From an uncultured Rhodoluna sp. (GTDB lineage: Bacteria > Actinomycetota > Actinomycetes > Actinomycetales > Microbacteriaceae), in NCBI GenBank assembly GCA_964539165.1, contig CAZIFS010000001.1, positions 65,899-129,898 of the forward strand: DNA of 64,000 bases. The letters run 5' to 3'. How positions within the stretch are numbered: position 1 is the first letter of the stretch; each line of letters starts with the position of its first letter. Below the pieces are notes generated by a model, which was given only the letters and a program-made list of their open reading frames with translations, was not told where the DNA came from and ran no database searches. Both the position numbers and the translations under genes were made by a program. Shown piece after piece: positions 62,423 to 64,000 of this stretch.

Positions 62423-62543
62423 GCCACACTCCAATCATTGATTAGTAGAGGGACAACATTGGCCCGGCGATAAAATCGCAATTTGCAAAAAGGAATATAG
62501 AAACTCAATGCTTTTGGCTGTTTCCGTCGTCCTGAATTCAGGA

Positions 62544-63434
62544 CTATTTAGAGTCTGAGTCTACCTCATAGACGCGCTCATCCAAGGTTTTTTGGTTGGT
62601 TGGATCTAGCGCGGCACTGGTTTCAATTCCAGGGTGCCTGCGGCTTTGAATCAACCAAATTGCTAGGCCAATTGCTATACCTAGAATCGCTGACCAAACA
62701 TTAATGCGCAGCCCTAGAACGACTTCAGATGGATCAATTCGGATTGATTCAGTCCAAATTCGACCGAATGAGTAATAGATCACGTAGATAGCGAACAATT
62801 TACCCCAGCGCAGTTGGTACTTGCGGTCGAGAGCAAATAGCAGAGCTACTCCGATCAATGACCAAATTGACTCGTAAAGGAAAGTTGGGTGATAGGTGGT
62901 CCCTAGAGGAATGCCCTGAGGAATTGCGCTGTTGGCACCCGAGATTTCAAGAGCCCAAGGCAAATCGGTTGGTGTACCAAAAAGCTCTTGATTGAAATAG
63001 TTTCCCCAGCGGCCAATGGCCTGGGCAAGCAGAATGCCAGGTGCAACGGCGTCGGCGAATGACCAAAACTTCACGCCAGCACGTTTGGTACCAATCCAAG
63101 CACCAGCAGCTCCACCGATGAGTCCGCCATAAATAGCGATTCCGCCTTCCCAAACTTTGAACACGTCTACAAGGTCAGCACCTTCGTAGAAATAGTCACC
63201 GGGGTGGGTTAAAACGTGGAACAACCTCGCGCCAATAATCGCGATCGGCACAGTCCACATGGCGATGTCTAGGGCTTTACCTGACTCAACGCCACGACGC
63301 TTTAATCTGAAATCTGCGATGAGAACCGCAGCAATGATTCCGGCAAGGATGCACAGAGCGTAAAAATGAACTACGAATGGCCCGACTGTAATAGAGCTGA
63401 CCTCGGGAGCTGGAATGGTTTGAAGCAAGTTCAT
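62544..63434 (-). CDS. lgt: Prolipoprotein diacylglyceryl transferase
   Basis: GARLFHV, WEGGIAIYGG, QAIGRWGNYFNQELFG, HPTFLYE. Confidence 0.96.
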   Translation of the reverse strand: MNLLQTIPAPEVSSITVGPFVVHFYALCILAGIIAAVLIADFRLKRRGVESGKALDIAMWTVPIAIIGARLFHVLTHPGDYFYEGADLVDVFKVWEGGIAIYGGLIGGAAGAWIGTKRAGVKFWSFADAVAPGILLAQAIGRWGNYFNQELFGTPTDLPWALEISGANSAIPQGIPLGTTYHPTFLYESIWSLIGVALLFALDRKYQLRWGKLFAIYVIYYSFGRIWTESIRIDPSEVVLGLRINVWSAILGIAIGLAIWLIQSRRHPGIETSAALDPTNQKTLDERVYEVDSDSK

Positions 63435-63447
63435 TGTTTTCTCCTTA

Positions 63448-64000
63448 TTACTTCAACCCAGCGGCGAGTTCAGTAACCTTCTGTTTGAGGGCTGCAACTC
63501 CACCTTCTTGGTAGGCACGCACAAAGGCGGAACCAACAATCGCGCCCTCTGAATACTCGTTGACTTCTGCAACTTGGGCAGCCGTTGAAATACCGATTCC
63601 AACCGCGGTATTTTGACTGTCTGATGCTCGTCGCACATTTGAAACTACTTTGCGTGCGTTTGCATCGACCTCGGTGCGCGCTCCAGTGATTCCCATAGTT
63701 GAAACCGCGTAGATGAATCCTCGGCTCAATTCACAGGCGTTAACCAGACGCTCGTCAGAAGAGGTAGGAGTGGCCAAGAAAACTCGATCCAGATCGTATT
63801 TATCTGAAACTTCAAGCCATTCGGCTGCTTCGTCTGGAATCAGATCTGGCGTGATTAGTCCTGCTCCCCCAGCGGCGGCTAGGTCATGTGCGAACTTCTC
63901 CACGCCATAACTCAAAACCGGATTCCAATAAGTCATGACGAGCACCGGGGTGTCCACCTGCTCGGTGATTGCCTTAACGGCGCCAAAAAGTTGCTTGAGT
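63448..64000 (-). CDS. trpA: Tryptophan synthase alpha chain, 5' part beyond the window edge
   Basis: LVMTYWNP, PDL, YAVSTMGITG, VGIGIS, GAIVGSA; frame is open to the window end. Confidence 0.95.
   Translation of the reverse strand, partial: LKQLFGAVKAITEQVDTPVLVMTYWNPVLSYGVEKFAHDLAAAGGAGLITPDLIPDEAAEWLEVSDKYDLDRVFLATPTSSDERLVNACELSRGFIYAVSTMGITGARTEVDANARKVVSNVRRASDSQNTAVGIGISTAAQVAEVNEYSEGAIVGSAFVRAYQEGGVAALKQKVTELAAGLK

Overview
A gene-dense 64 kb segment of core chromosome from an actinobacterium. Gene order and protein sequences are Microbacteriaceae-like. The G+C looks close to 50% by eye and intergenic spacers are very short, which suggests a streamlined freshwater lineage such as Rhodoluna/Aquiluna (inference). 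Contents: about 56 CDS, two tRNA-Leu genes without encoded CCA, and several intrinsic terminators. The CDS include uppP, a sirtuin, metH/metF, rpmE2, glgA(glgM)/glgC, serB, fabG plus a second SDR, an ABC-F, sufBD-fdx-sufC-sufT, ctaA-photolyase, ctaB, tkt-tal-pgi-zwf-opcA-pgl, rbpA, secG, tpi-pgk-gap, sodA, whiA, rapZ, uvrCAB, coaE, rpsA, polA, an ANTAR regulator, pyk, gltDB, lgt and trpA. I found no integrase, transposase, prophage, CRISPR array or rRNA. The most interesting signals are subtle. (1) A ~185-nt leader with mutually exclusive folds precedes a suf operon that has no adjacent SufR. (2) An ANTAR-type hexaloop hairpin sits beside a sequestered SD in the gltB leader, near the ANTAR regulator gene. 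(3) An SDR in the inhA position after fabG has a FabL-like Y-x6-K motif. (4) A photolyase is translationally coupled to heme A synthase. (5) A duplicated, structured element follows rpmE2. (6) PafBC-type promoter motifs precede a DnaQ-like exonuclease and possibly polA. All RNA folds were paired by eye and are untested.
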